Below are positions 37,944 through 49,100 of a DNA stretch of 64,000 nucleotides, piece after piece. The stretch is from Azolla caroliniana (Eukaryota; Plantae; Polypodiophyta), in NCBI GenBank assembly GCA_043228905.1, contig JBHGNT010000001.1, positions 6,138,001 through 6,202,000 of the forward strand, in the 5' to 3' direction. How positions within the stretch are numbered: position 1 is the first letter of the stretch; each line of letters begins with the position of its first letter. The notes below the pieces were generated by a model. It saw only the letters and a list, made by a program, of their open reading frames with translations. It was not told where the DNA came from and did not search any database. The translations under genes and the position numbers were made by a program.

Positions 37944-38216
37944 TTACATTGAGGATGCCACGATCTTTGTGTCATCAGTAGGTGACCAAATGAGCTTGAT
38001 GAATCCCTTATTAAGTTGATGTTTCTCAATGAAAGAATAAATATTGATTCCATTTGCATCACGAATAGCAATACGACTATTACTCCCGAGTCTCTTAAGG
38101 CAACAACGTTTTGTGCTATCAGACGGCACTGGAAACCTCGACTCCTTCCACACGCTACCGGTCTTTAGTTGGAGGATAACATCCACATCTGTGGAGTTTT
38201 CTACCAAAATGTCCAT
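37944..38216 (-). CDS. Hypothetical 90-aa protein
   Basis: ATG-initiated, stop-free ORF with protein-like composition in an AT-rich background; no family recognised. Confidence 0.35.
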   Translation of the reverse strand: MDILVENSTDVDVILQLKTGSVWKESRFPVPSDSTKRCCLKRLGSNSRIAIRDANGINIYSFIEKHQLNKGFIKLIWSPTDDTKIVASSM

Positions 38217-38264
38217 AATTCAAGATGATGATTTTATATATTGAATTGAAAAGAAAGAAAGAAG

Positions 38265-38368
38265 GATAGATAGATAATTGGATGGATTGATAGATGTATG
38301 AATAGATAGATAGTTGGATGGATAGATAGATAGACAGTTGGATAGATGGATCGATAGATAGATAGATA
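38265..38368. repeat. (GATA/GGAT)n compound microsatellite
   Basis: Direct reading. Confidence 0.85.
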
Positions 38369-39570
38369 AAAGCAAAGACACCATTGCTATTTAACTATTT
38401 ACATGCTACCCCAAGGTGGGGATGTGGTGGTTATTTATTTACATTAAACATATAAGAGTGCTTTCAATGTCCGTATGCAGTGATTGAACCTTTGAATATG
38501 GACTCCCTTGACTGAAATATAGAGGCCCTTTCATCAACGTTTGATACAACACTAGCAATCCTTTCCCTTGAAAACATTAAAAAACACGCTTAAATAATAT
38601 ATTAACAAGTTTCGCCTCAATTTCCCATTAATGGTTTCGAAGGAGAGCGTTGAATTGTGAAAATGTCAATGTATTAAATATTGGAGCTTCGACCATATTC
38701 AACATTTAATGTGTTTATACCTTCGTTCTTGACCCAAAGAATAATATTATACTAGTGTAGAGTAGTAATAAAATTGTGTATTAGATGTGAAACTGAGAAT
38801 CACATGCAAAGTATATGAATTTAGCATCATTCAATTAATCAATCCCATTTCAGAAGAAAATGTTCTAAATGATTCATTAAATTATAAAAGACTTGTCAAA
38901 ACTTGCGTCCCATTAAAATTAACCGTTGGGAGAACTCTAAAATACCATTGAGTTCTCCTTTATATTTCCTAAATGCTCCTTGTACTGTAGACCTATTTTT
39001 CTTCCCTTCTATCCACCATGATCTCGAAGTCGCACATGGAAGATCAAGGAAAGAAAAAACATACAAAACACAAAAGGGAAGGCAACCTTCATGCCTTTTA
39101 CATGATCTTTTTTTCCCTTACTTACATTTCCTTACTTTGTTATTCCTTGGGTTTGCATGTAGGTCCCATCCCTACTTTAGGTTGTCTCCCTTCGTCCATC
39201 ATAGTTCATTGCACTTTGACCTTAAGGCATTCACCTCTTATTTAGACCCATCATTTGGTCTTACTATTCTACTTTTATGCGGAACATCACATGACTTTTT
39301 GAGACAACTTTCATTGAATGCACATTGAAGTGTCCCACTAGTAATTTCAACTATTGTCGAAACAAAGGAACATTCCATGGGAACTCCTTTGGCACAAATG
39401 CTAAGACTTTGGTCCTCTTTGGAAATGGATTCACAAATATGGAGGTTGATTGATTATTTGAAAAAAGAGAAGTTTTTGCTTCATTAAATAAATATTATAT
39501 TATTATTATTATTATTATTATTCCAAAAAAAACTCCTTCCATTAGTTATAAAATTTTACAAATGAGACGA

Positions 39571-42500
39571 TTATGTACAAATCCCTAAAGGGACACGATA
39601 GTTCCATCTTATGTGGATGCCCACTGACTCAAGAAAGGGAGAGGATGACCATTGTTGGATGAAGGCTATGCGTTGTCTTTCAACTCCCTCGGAGCCGCCC
39701 TTAAGGCCATCATATTGGCTCTTCAGAGTGGCTACAATTTCACTCCATATCTCTTGCAGTAACCTTGTTAGATGGGCGGTTTGGTTGGAGAAGACTCGCC
39801 TACATCGTTGTTTCCATAGAATCCAAAGGGTGGGGCTGACCAATTCCAACACCTCTTGAGATTTGTCATTAAGAGGAATAGAGTGGACATTGCCGATGGA
39901 GGAGAAAAGGACCTCTTGTGCTTTTATCACCAAAGTCATCCCCTCCTCTTAATGCTCGTATCGGCCAATTGCAGCTTGCCATGATAGCCAACATATTTCC
40001 CCACTTGATTGAACCTTGCACCTGGCATAATTGCAACAAGCGGCCAACCCCCCGCCATATTTGATGGGACGTTGGGCAGTCCCACAGAGCGTGTCGTATG
40101 GATTCTACGGCATGTGGGCACTCTACACAATTAGGAGAGCTAAGGTTCCCACATTGCCATGCTCCCACCGGTAGGGACTTATGTATTAACAGCCATTGGA
40201 AAGTGGTAATTCGCCTCACGTGTTGTTGCTTCCAGATTTTCTGCCAAAACTTGGTGATTATTGCGGAGGGAACTTGAAATGTGTGCCAGACCTTCGCAAC
40301 ACCCGGTTCTTGGGCGGCTTGAGCAGTTAGAATGTGGCGACCCAATCTAGTTGTGAATTGGAAGAAAGGGATGGGTTTGCTTCCTTGCCCCACGTAGGGA
40401 TCACGCCATGTCCATTGCAAAGGGTCCCAACTGACCTTACGTAGCCATGTGTTTTCATGAGTACATATATGCCAATCGGGTTGTACTTTGATCGGATTAG
40501 GATCTACAATCCATTTATGACTAGTGTGCGCAAGTACTCAAATGGCGTTATTCTGTGTTGGTGTCTCAGTGTCTCGCAATTCAGGGCCTTCGAGTCTGTT
40601 TGGTGGTCCTCTACCTCTCGGAATCAGAGAACCCTCCTCCTCATGGCCTATCCATTTCTCCATTGTCATCCTTTGAGTAGTAGATTCCCTAATCAGTAGA
40701 GCGTTAATGATTTCCGATCTCATAGTCCATCCACCCCTGATTCCATGGAGTATGTTCGCCTGATCTTGTAGTGGCATTGACATAAACCGTCGCCAACATT
40801 CTATACTTTTTCCTGGACCTTCTGCAATGTATCCCCATGACAACCCCTTACGTGATCCCAGTAGTTGATTAGATTCATCCTTGAGACATGGGTTCCATAG
40901 GATACGTTGACTGAGCCAGGCAGGTTCGGATCTCGGTTGATCACACTTGAGCCCTCGACGAATGTCACACCATGCCTTCCACATGGATGCACTGAATCTA
41001 TCCTCCAAATGGCGGGAGAAACTAGGTTTGAGATCCATGTTTAGAATCCATCCCGTTTGGGGGGCCCAATTGACCCCTTTTCGTGGCCTAAAGTAAGCGA
41101 AACGTAACCTCAGTGGCATTTTCCAACAATCATTTCCTGGTTGGAGTCCTCGCACCACAAATTTGGCAAGTAAGGCTTTCGATTGTGAAAGGGGATCAAT
41201 AAGATCCAATCCCCCTCTCGATTTAGGCACTGTGAGTATAGGCCACGCCACCTTGGCGCGAGCTACATGGTCTTCCTTACCAAACCAAATGTAGTTGGGG
41301 ACCAGTCGTTGAATCTGATAGACTGTACCATGTTGTTGCGAGGAGTACCTGATTTGCCACTATGATGCGACCCGCTAGCGACAATTTTTTCGAGCTCCAA
41401 TGTATCAACTTTTGTCGAATGGAAAGGATAATGGGTGCAATCATAGTCTCCGGCGGTATGTTGAAACCAATTTGGAAGCCCAAATATTTGGTGCTCTCAC
41501 CTTGATTGATCCATTTGAAAGCAGGGTGTGGGTGCCACGCCGTATGTGTTTCCTGAGAGAGCCATATTGCACAGGATTTGTGCCAATTGATCATGGCGTT
41601 GGATCTCTTGCAAAATAAAGCTAGCCCACTTTCTAGCTTTTGGAGGTTTTCCAGGTTGCCTTGCAGGTAGACTGTTGTGTCATCTGCAAATTCTATATCC
41701 AGGATGCTTTGGTAAGAATGAGGTATGGGAAGACCACGTAGGTTGAGATGTTGCGAGTTGAGAAAGCAAGAGAGTGCTTTGGCGTATAATAGAAATAAGG
41801 ATGGAGCTAGTGGGCATCCCTGCCGTACAAAGCGAGATATTCGGAAAAAGGGGCCCCTTTCACCTACCAGTGAAACGCAACTACTGCCATTCCTATAAAA
41901 TCCTACAATGCCTTTGATCCATGTCTCTTGAAAGCTAAGTTTCCTCATCACACTTTCTAGAAAGTTCCAGCATACCCTGTCATATGCTTTCTCAAAATCT
42001 AGTAGCACCACTGCTACCTTCTTGTTGGTCTACTTGGCAAGGGTTATTGCTTCCCAAAATGAGAAGAGGTTGTCTAGGATGCTCTGATTTCTAACGAAAC
42101 CTGTCTGGGACGGATGAATGAGTTGAGGGAGAAGTGGAGTTAAACGGTGTGCCACGATTTTTGCAAGCAACTTATAGACAATATTGAGAAGAGTAATGGG
42201 CCGCCACTTGTGAATGTCGTTGGCATTCCCACCACTTTTAGGAATGAGATGTATCATCCCTTGTCCAAATTCCTCCGGCATGCTTCTAGAGGTGATGATC
42301 TCCTCATATGCCTGGATGAGGTCTTCTTTAATAGTGCCCCAAAGGCATGTGAAAAAATGCGGGGTGAGTCCGTCGATTCCGGGGCAACTCTCGGCATCTA
42401 AATCAGTGAGGGCCTCCCATATCTCAATGATTGATAGGGGACGCACAATCCAGGTATTCATTTCCGGTGTGACTTTCTCAGGTATGCTTTGGAGGATAAT

Positions 42501-43817
42501 ATCATCGCTTATGTCTTCCCCTGTAGCTATAATGTCTTCGGTAAGTAGGCGGCTATAATACCTTGTGGCAATATTCCTCATTTCGTCGCCATCCTCAGTG
42601 GTCGTTCCATCCTCTCGGTTGAGGTTGCGCATCACAGTTCTAGCGTGCGTCGGGCCTTTGGAGCGGAAGAATTCCTTTGTGGTTTTGTCCCCTACTCGAA
42701 TCCATTGCGCCATGCTGCCATGAAACTCCATGTCATATATTTCCTTTTCTGCCATGCTAAGTTCCTGTTTGGTTGTGGCAACTTGTCCTGCGATCCAAAT
42801 ACAGGACGGGTATCTCTGTTGGAGTCGTTGTAAGGCTATTAGTCCCCGTTTTGTCCTCTATCGCTTCTCCTGAGCATCCGTGCATCTGGTCTTGACAATC
42901 TCATGTAGGAGAGTAGAGGCTCTTGTTAATTTAGCTAAAAGTTTGTCTGATGCTGATGAGCCATTGACGGGTAATGAAAATTGGTTGGATAGTTGGTCCT
43001 TCACATCTATAAGTGTGTAAATAGTGTGTGGGATGCGAGTCTGGAATGGGCCCCATTTTTGGTGCAATTGAAAATGACCAGCTACCGGGTAATGGTCAGA
43101 GAAAGTCGTGCATGGAATTATGCGACACCACACTCCCTTCGCTTCTAGAGCCTCCCCCACATAAATGCGGTCAATGCGAGATAGGGTGGGTCCACTATTC
43201 TGCTCGTCTGATCAGGAGAATAGGAGAGAATCCCTTTTCCGTTGGAAGTTGGCAAAATGCCAGATGTCTCGCAGGTTAAGGTGGACACATAGCTTCTCCC
43301 ATTGTTTACGTTCCCTTCCTTGTAGAACTGTGGGGTTGTTGTTGGAGCTATCGTGAATGGATTCAATCATATTAAAATCCCCTCCAATGCACCACTCTTC
43401 CGCACCCACTACTTGTAGGCGGATGCGGTCCCAGAATGTTGCTCTTTTTGTTCTGTTATTTGGAGCATAAACATTCATGAAGTTCCATCGTTGCCCTCGG
43501 ATGGCCAACGTGCAAAAATGTGCCCTACTAGGTATAAGTGATTCTTGGTGTATTAAGCCTTGGGCTAGATGTTCTCGAATCAAAGTGCAAATACCACCAT
43601 GATTTCCATCCTCCCAAATTGTTCGCCATGATCCTGGTAGAAGGTCTCCAACTTCCTTTAACTGTGTGCTATCGAGGTGGTGTTCCTACAACATGATGAT
43701 GCTAGCACCACTCCCTAGTAAATATTCTTCAAGATCCCTTCTCAGTTTCCATCTATTTTGTTGGTCTAGTCTACATCTAAGTCCTTGCACGTTCCATGTT
43801 ATAATCTTCATACTCAT
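39571..43817 (-). pseudogene. LINE ORF2 (endonuclease-RT-zf-RVT), broken by stops and frameshifts
   Basis: Collinear ORF fragments 43686-43817, 43212-43583, 42858-43160, 42030-42755, 41277-42011, 40538-41251, 39869-40420, 39571-39939. Confidence 0.9.
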
Positions 43818-46123
43818 GGAATGGGGTGGGAGGTTGCCAGTTGTGCCTGGTGGTTTGTATAGCAGGTCGTGAGTGGGGAGCACTCACCATTTAGACATCC
43901 AATCATTTCCAGGGATGAAATAGTGGTCCACATCCATGAGTGGAGTTTGTGGGCTATCCTGTGAGCTTCAATCGCCCCTTCATGCTTCTCATAGAAATAG
44001 ACAAAGCTTGGAGTTAGTTGGGTGTCTATGATAGTCCACAGGTGGATGTGGCAAAGATGGGGGTCCTCTTCATCCATGGTGCACCAGAATTCAATGTTAT
44101 GCCAATGTTGCTTTAGTTCATTCATGAGCTCTTCATCTCTTATTTGTGCTACAAAGCACGCTGCTTGGCTACATAACATATATTTAATCTTGGATTTCAA
44201 CCAATCTTCCTAAGTTGGAAGCAAGAGTGGAAAGGAGATTGAGGTCGTCGGAACTCCGTTCTTGTGCACCGCTGATACATGTACCCTTATTTTTTCCACT
44301 GTCTTGAGCCCTATACCTAGCCATTTCAAGGCGTTTTGTGGGTGTGGTTCAAGGTCTTGGCTAGAGGAAGCACACTCATTTGTGTCTGGGGCGACTATGA
44401 TTTGAGGTGTGACATTCACACTTCTGCCTTGGTTTGTTGCTTCTGCATTGGGTGTCGTTCCACTCAAGCTCCTTATTAGGGTCTTTACATGACTTATTCG
44501 TCTGTGTTTCCCTGTTTTGTAAGCTTTAACGAGAACTTTCTCTTGTGTGCTTGGTGTCACCTTAGGTCGTTCCTTGGGGCTTAAGAAAGAACTAGGGGAA
44601 TGCTCATCTGTGGGGGGGAGCTCTTGTAGTAGATCAAAGCAATTGGGATAGGCGATGGAGGATTTTTTGCCGATGATGTTTTTCGAAGGACATGGGTTTT
44701 TTCCACCACTCGCCATTCCATCACAGCCTTGTCGGTTGTGGTGGGGGAGGCTTATGATGTCTTATGGTAGCCTAACCTTCCAGAGTCTCCTTTGTAGGAT
44801 CTTTAATACGTCTTGTGGGGCAATTCTTTTTTAAATGACCAAGTTTTTTGCATGCAAAACATTGCCCCGGTGCGCCAATCACTTCTATGCGTTCTTCAAT
44901 TCACATTCCGTTTTTCCAGGGAATGAGGATCTTGGAGGGAAGTTTATTGATGTCCTGCACCATGAGGCGGATAGAGGGAGGGCCTAGGTGCTTCTTTAGT
45001 CTGTCTGCTAGCGTTACTTCCTCATCCAACATCATCCCAAAGGAGTTGCCATTAGTAAGAAGTAACATGTTGTATTCTAAGGATTGTCCAGGAAACAACA
45101 TTGTTACCTTTTTCATGGAGTCATCCTGTTGTGCGGCTTTCTCTGGGTTAAAACCATGTGTCCATTTACGCATGAACAACCATGTATTTCGGAACTGGCA
45201 GGGGAAAGTGCTATGAGGTTCGTTGCAAACTCCTTGTCTTCTAGTATGATTTGATAGAAGCCTTTACCAAGCGGTTGGACTTCTTTTATACCACGTAGTT
45301 GTGAATGAAATTGAGCTTGCAACATATCCCACAACAACCCTCTGTTTGGTCGTGATCCCATCACTCGGCATATGACCACTATTCGCTCAAGGCACTCTAT
45401 CTCTTTCTCAAGTAGAAGCATCTCTTCGTTGTTGAAAATAATCTCAACAAGACCCCCGCTATCAGAGATGTTTTTTTCGTTATCGATCGAGGGGCCTGTT
45501 GGTGCAATGTGTTCGACAGTGGCGATGTTCGAAGGTGCCATTAGTGATAAAATCAGACTGCGTCTCTTTCTCTCTTATCCTTTTTTTTTGGGGGGGGGAG
45601 GTTTACGGGAGTGTGTCCCACTCCTTGAAGTGTGTGTGTGGGGGGGGTGTCTGTTACTCTCTTAGCCGGACAAGGCCTAACACAAGGTGTCACGGAGACA
45701 CTTCACCAAAGGGTGATTACGGCATAGGATTAAGATTCAACGATTACACCGACTTACGTAGGTTACACTATTAGATTGCTTTGGTTAATTACACGCGTAA
45801 GATATAACAGTGATTACAGAACGGAAATCAAGACAGAAGTATAAACAACATAAGCTCTACTAATTATCCGCTGTCATTACAATAGGGTCCGGGCCTTTAA
45901 ATAGGTTTCCGGCCCGTAGTACAAAACGGTGCCTCTCGCACCTATTCGGGATCCGTCCGGATCTGGAACGGCATACCGTTTCCAGTCCGTCCGTCCACAC
46001 TATGCTTATCTACAACCATATCTAATTAATTCCTTCACTCCGTAATTTGGACTCCTTGCCGGCCGGTAACACATGGCACGCCCGTGGGACAGTACCTTGT
46101 ACGTCGAACCCTTCTCGGCCCCT

Positions 46124-49036
46124 TCATTGTTCACCCAAATTGTCCAAATTACTTTGTTCAAGAATTTCCACTTGTTCTTCCGGTTGTGGTTGTTGCGGCT
46201 GTGCTTGCTGCTGCTGCTGTGGTTGCGGTTGGGACTGAGGTTGCGCCGGCTGCTCTGCTTGCTGCTGCTGCTCCGTTTGCTTCGCTGACTCCGGCTGCTC
46301 CGTTTGTCTCTCTGGCTCCGGCATCTCCGTTTGACTGCTTCCGGTTCGGTCTCCTTCCAGTAACGGTTCCTCATCACTGAGGTTGACCGTAACTGGTTCT
46401 CGTTCTTTCTCTCCCCGGAGCCGGGACCTCTCGTAGCTTTCAAACTGGATCTGCGCCTCCAGCCTGTCGTCGTCCAGCTGAGCTACAAGTTGCCGGACTT
46501 GCTCTAGTTGGTCCTCTGCCAAGGCTTGAAAGTCTTCGGCAAGCTCATCCCTTATGCCGGTGAAGTCTTCGGAAGTCAGCATATAGCAATCATCTCCCTC
46601 CTTCCGCCGGTTCTCTACGTCAGCCCGGAGCAATTGGAGTTCCGCCGCGTTCGTGGCCCACTTGGTCCACCATTTGACGGAACCGTTGTCAATCAAGCTC
46701 TTGGTCTGGTTCAACCAGGCCCGCATTATATCTTGGATGCGACTTGCTCCCATTTGAGCTCTGCTTTCCACCACTTGTCGCTCCTCCTTCAACTGCTTGA
46801 TGAGGTTTGCCGTATCCTCCGCCTGCTCTCTGTAGCGCGTCAGCTGCCCTTGATATGTCGTTTGCAGCCTCTGCAGTACCTCTGCCGCTCTTTCTTTTTC
46901 CGCCTGCTGTTGCCTGAGGAGATCTGTCCGAACCTTCTCCGCCTCTTCCAACCGTCTTCTGTTTTCCGCTTGTTCCTTAGCGAATGCGGTTGCGGTCCGA
47001 TCAACTGCTTGCCGGAGCTCATCCGTCCGTTCCTTGTGCTCCGTTTGCAACCGTTTATACTCCCGGTGCAATTGCTCAAATTCCTCCGTTTTTTGTTTGA
47101 GCTTGCCGTTGATCTGGCGATGGTTCCGGTCCTCCCGGTCCTTTACCTGCCGGAGTTCCTCTTTCAGGCTCTCTACTTCTGTTTCGGCGTTCCTCCGGAG
47201 CCTCTCCTTCTCTTGCAGCATTTTCTCCTTCTCCTCCTTGAGCCGGTCGTATGCTTGGTGGCCTTTCCGTAAGCTCTCCTCGGCCCGGCGTAGATTCTCA
47301 GCAGTCTTTTTGAGTTCTGCCTCCGCTGCCGTCTTCAATTCTCTTTCGCGGCTCCTCAGCGCTTCTTGGGCAGCTAGCTCATCCTTTAAATCCGCAAGCT
47401 CTTGGGCTTGTGCCGCATTTCTCTCCGGAACGGTTTCCGTTGCCGGGGTCTGATTGCTATGTACAGGGTGATTTGACACTTTATTCTGTACATTGCCCGG
47501 AGTCACCGGTGCTTGGACTTGTGTTTCCCTTGTGACCCTGTCCAAGTCTTGTTCAAGGCTCCGGATTCTGGACCGGGCCGTCTCTAGATCTACGGTTGTG
47601 ACGAGCAACCGTTCCTGGTGCGCTCTCTCTTCCGCCTCTATATACTCGACCACTCCGGCGATTTGCTCGCCTACCCACCGTAGCCACATGCTACTGGTGC
47701 CCTGTTGCTGTACTGGTCGGGTCGGCTCATTCACCGTGGAATTGTCTGGCCTGATTGCCTGCATATGCCGTTCTGGTTCTACTCCTTGGCCGCCGTGTGC
47801 TCTGGCTGGGCTCGCCGGCTGTTGAGTTCCGGTTCTCGCCGTTTCCGGAGCCGTTGGACTGACTTCTTCTATAGAAGTCGACAAGACCGGTTCCCTACGC
47901 ACCGGTTCCGGTTCTTCCCTTGTGGTTTGCTCAGGTTGAGTTGGGGGCGTTTCTGCCTCTCGCGGGTACGACCGCTCCCCTCCTGTCTCGGCGGTCCTAC
48001 TTCTCGACCGTCGTTGGAGGTGCTCTTCTGGCTCCTCCATTTCCTCTTCCTGTGTCACGACATGTTTCTGTGCCGTCAAGGGTTCCGGTTCCTTCTGTCC
48101 TGGTCTCCGTAAGGTTATCTTGACGGGTCGGACCGGTGACACCTCCTCCGGTTCTGGGACCCGTTTCTTCCCTTTCGTCGCCTTCGACGCCAGCAGCTGC
48201 TGTCGTTTGGACGCCGGCTTCGAGGTGCTTCCTTTCGATACTCTTGGCCGCTTCTTTGGCTGGACGGTCTCGACCGGCGGCACGAGCAATGTTATCCATT
48301 GAGCTACGGCGTGCCACAGCTTCCGGCCCTCCTTGCCGTCCTTCCCTCGTACCATGTCGATTGCCATGCACAACCCGTCTGCAATCAACACCGGCCAGTC
48401 CACCTTGACCCCTTCATAGGTGGCTATGATCATCCCTGCCCGATTTTTTGGCATGACAGGGGGTCGGGGGTACACGTGACCGTACTCATGGAGCACTCGA
48501 GCTATCTCCCTGAATAGCGGATCTTCGCCGCCCTGCGTCCGATAGCCTTTGCCGGCAACAGAGTACTCACCGAAATATCGGGTGAGTTGCTCCGAGGTTG
48601 GGTTATCGATCTGAAAGATTCCTCCCTCCGGAAGGCCTGTTAGCGCGCGGATCGCTTCCTTGGTGATGACCTCTGTGGCGAGCTCCTTGATGACCCGGTC
48701 GGCTTCTCTGTGCGGCGGTGCCTCCATGATGGCCAAGAACCCCTCCAGTCCGTTTTGCCTGAACCATTTCCTGGCCGCTTCCGACAGTGTTTGTGGTTCC
48801 ATGTCTGCTTCAAGGTCGAGAGACGATGGCGAGGTAGAGTGGTGATGAGAGTGAGAGCGAGAGAGAGAGCGTTCTGAGCGCGGGGGTTCTCTGCGTGCAG
48901 GTTCGCGTTTGCTCAGCTTCCACTGTCTTGGTGCTTCTGTGCTTCTTGGCTCGCGAAATGAAAAGGTCTCCATGCGTTCTGTTTCTTCTTTGTGCGTTTT
49001 GGCGCCTTTTTCGAGCATGCACACGTCGTGTACCAA
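46124..49036 (-). CDS. Additional sense ORF of the Gypsy element (970 codons; first ATG at 49018): globular N-domain, basic NLS-like segment, long coiled coil, Q/E-rich tail
   Basis: Uninterrupted 2.9-kb ORF between the pol stop and the 3' LTR; KKRPR/KGKKR motifs; E/R/K/Q-rich helical region; no transmembrane stretch seen. Confidence 0.9.
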   Translation of the reverse strand: MVHDVCMLEKGAKTHKEETERMETFSFREPRSTEAPRQWKLSKREPARREPPRSERSLSRSHSHHHSTSPSSLDLEADMEPQTLSEAARKWFRQNGLEGFLAIMEAPPHREADRVIKELATEVITKEAIRALTGLPEGGIFQIDNPTSEQLTRYFGEYSVAGKGYRTQGGEDPLFREIARVLHEYGHVYPRPPVMPKNRAGMIIATYEGVKVDWPVLIADGLCMAIDMVRGKDGKEGRKLWHAVAQWITLLVPPVETVQPKKRPRVSKGSTSKPASKRQQLLASKATKGKKRVPEPEEVSPVRPVKITLRRPGQKEPEPLTAQKHVVTQEEEMEEPEEHLQRRSRSRTAETGGERSYPREAETPPTQPEQTTREEPEPVRREPVLSTSIEEVSPTAPETARTGTQQPASPARAHGGQGVEPERHMQAIRPDNSTVNEPTRPVQQQGTSSMWLRWVGEQIAGVVEYIEAEERAHQERLLVTTVDLETARSRIRSLEQDLDRVTRETQVQAPVTPGNVQNKVSNHPVHSNQTPATETVPERNAAQAQELADLKDELAAQEALRSRERELKTAAEAELKKTAENLRRAEESLRKGHQAYDRLKEEKEKMLQEKERLRRNAETEVESLKEELRQVKDREDRNHRQINGKLKQKTEEFEQLHREYKRLQTEHKERTDELRQAVDRTATAFAKEQAENRRRLEEAEKVRTDLLRQQQAEKERAAEVLQRLQTTYQGQLTRYREQAEDTANLIKQLKEERQVVESRAQMGASRIQDIMRAWLNQTKSLIDNGSVKWWTKWATNAAELQLLRADVENRRKEGDDCYMLTSEDFTGIRDELAEDFQALAEDQLEQVRQLVAQLDDDRLEAQIQFESYERSRLRGEKEREPVTVNLSDEEPLLEGDRTGSSQTEMPEPERQTEQPESAKQTEQQQQAEQPAQPQSQPQPQQQQQAQPQQPQPEEQVEILEQSNLDNLGEQ

Positions 49037-49100
49037 TTTAGTATTAAGTAGCGTGGCGTCTCTTAAATGCCCACTACGTACCTTTTCGCGGTGTGTGACC

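Noticed and set aside
46124-49036. Envelope glycoprotein call for the extra Gypsy ORF
   Set aside because: No signal peptide or hydrophobic transmembrane segment is visible.
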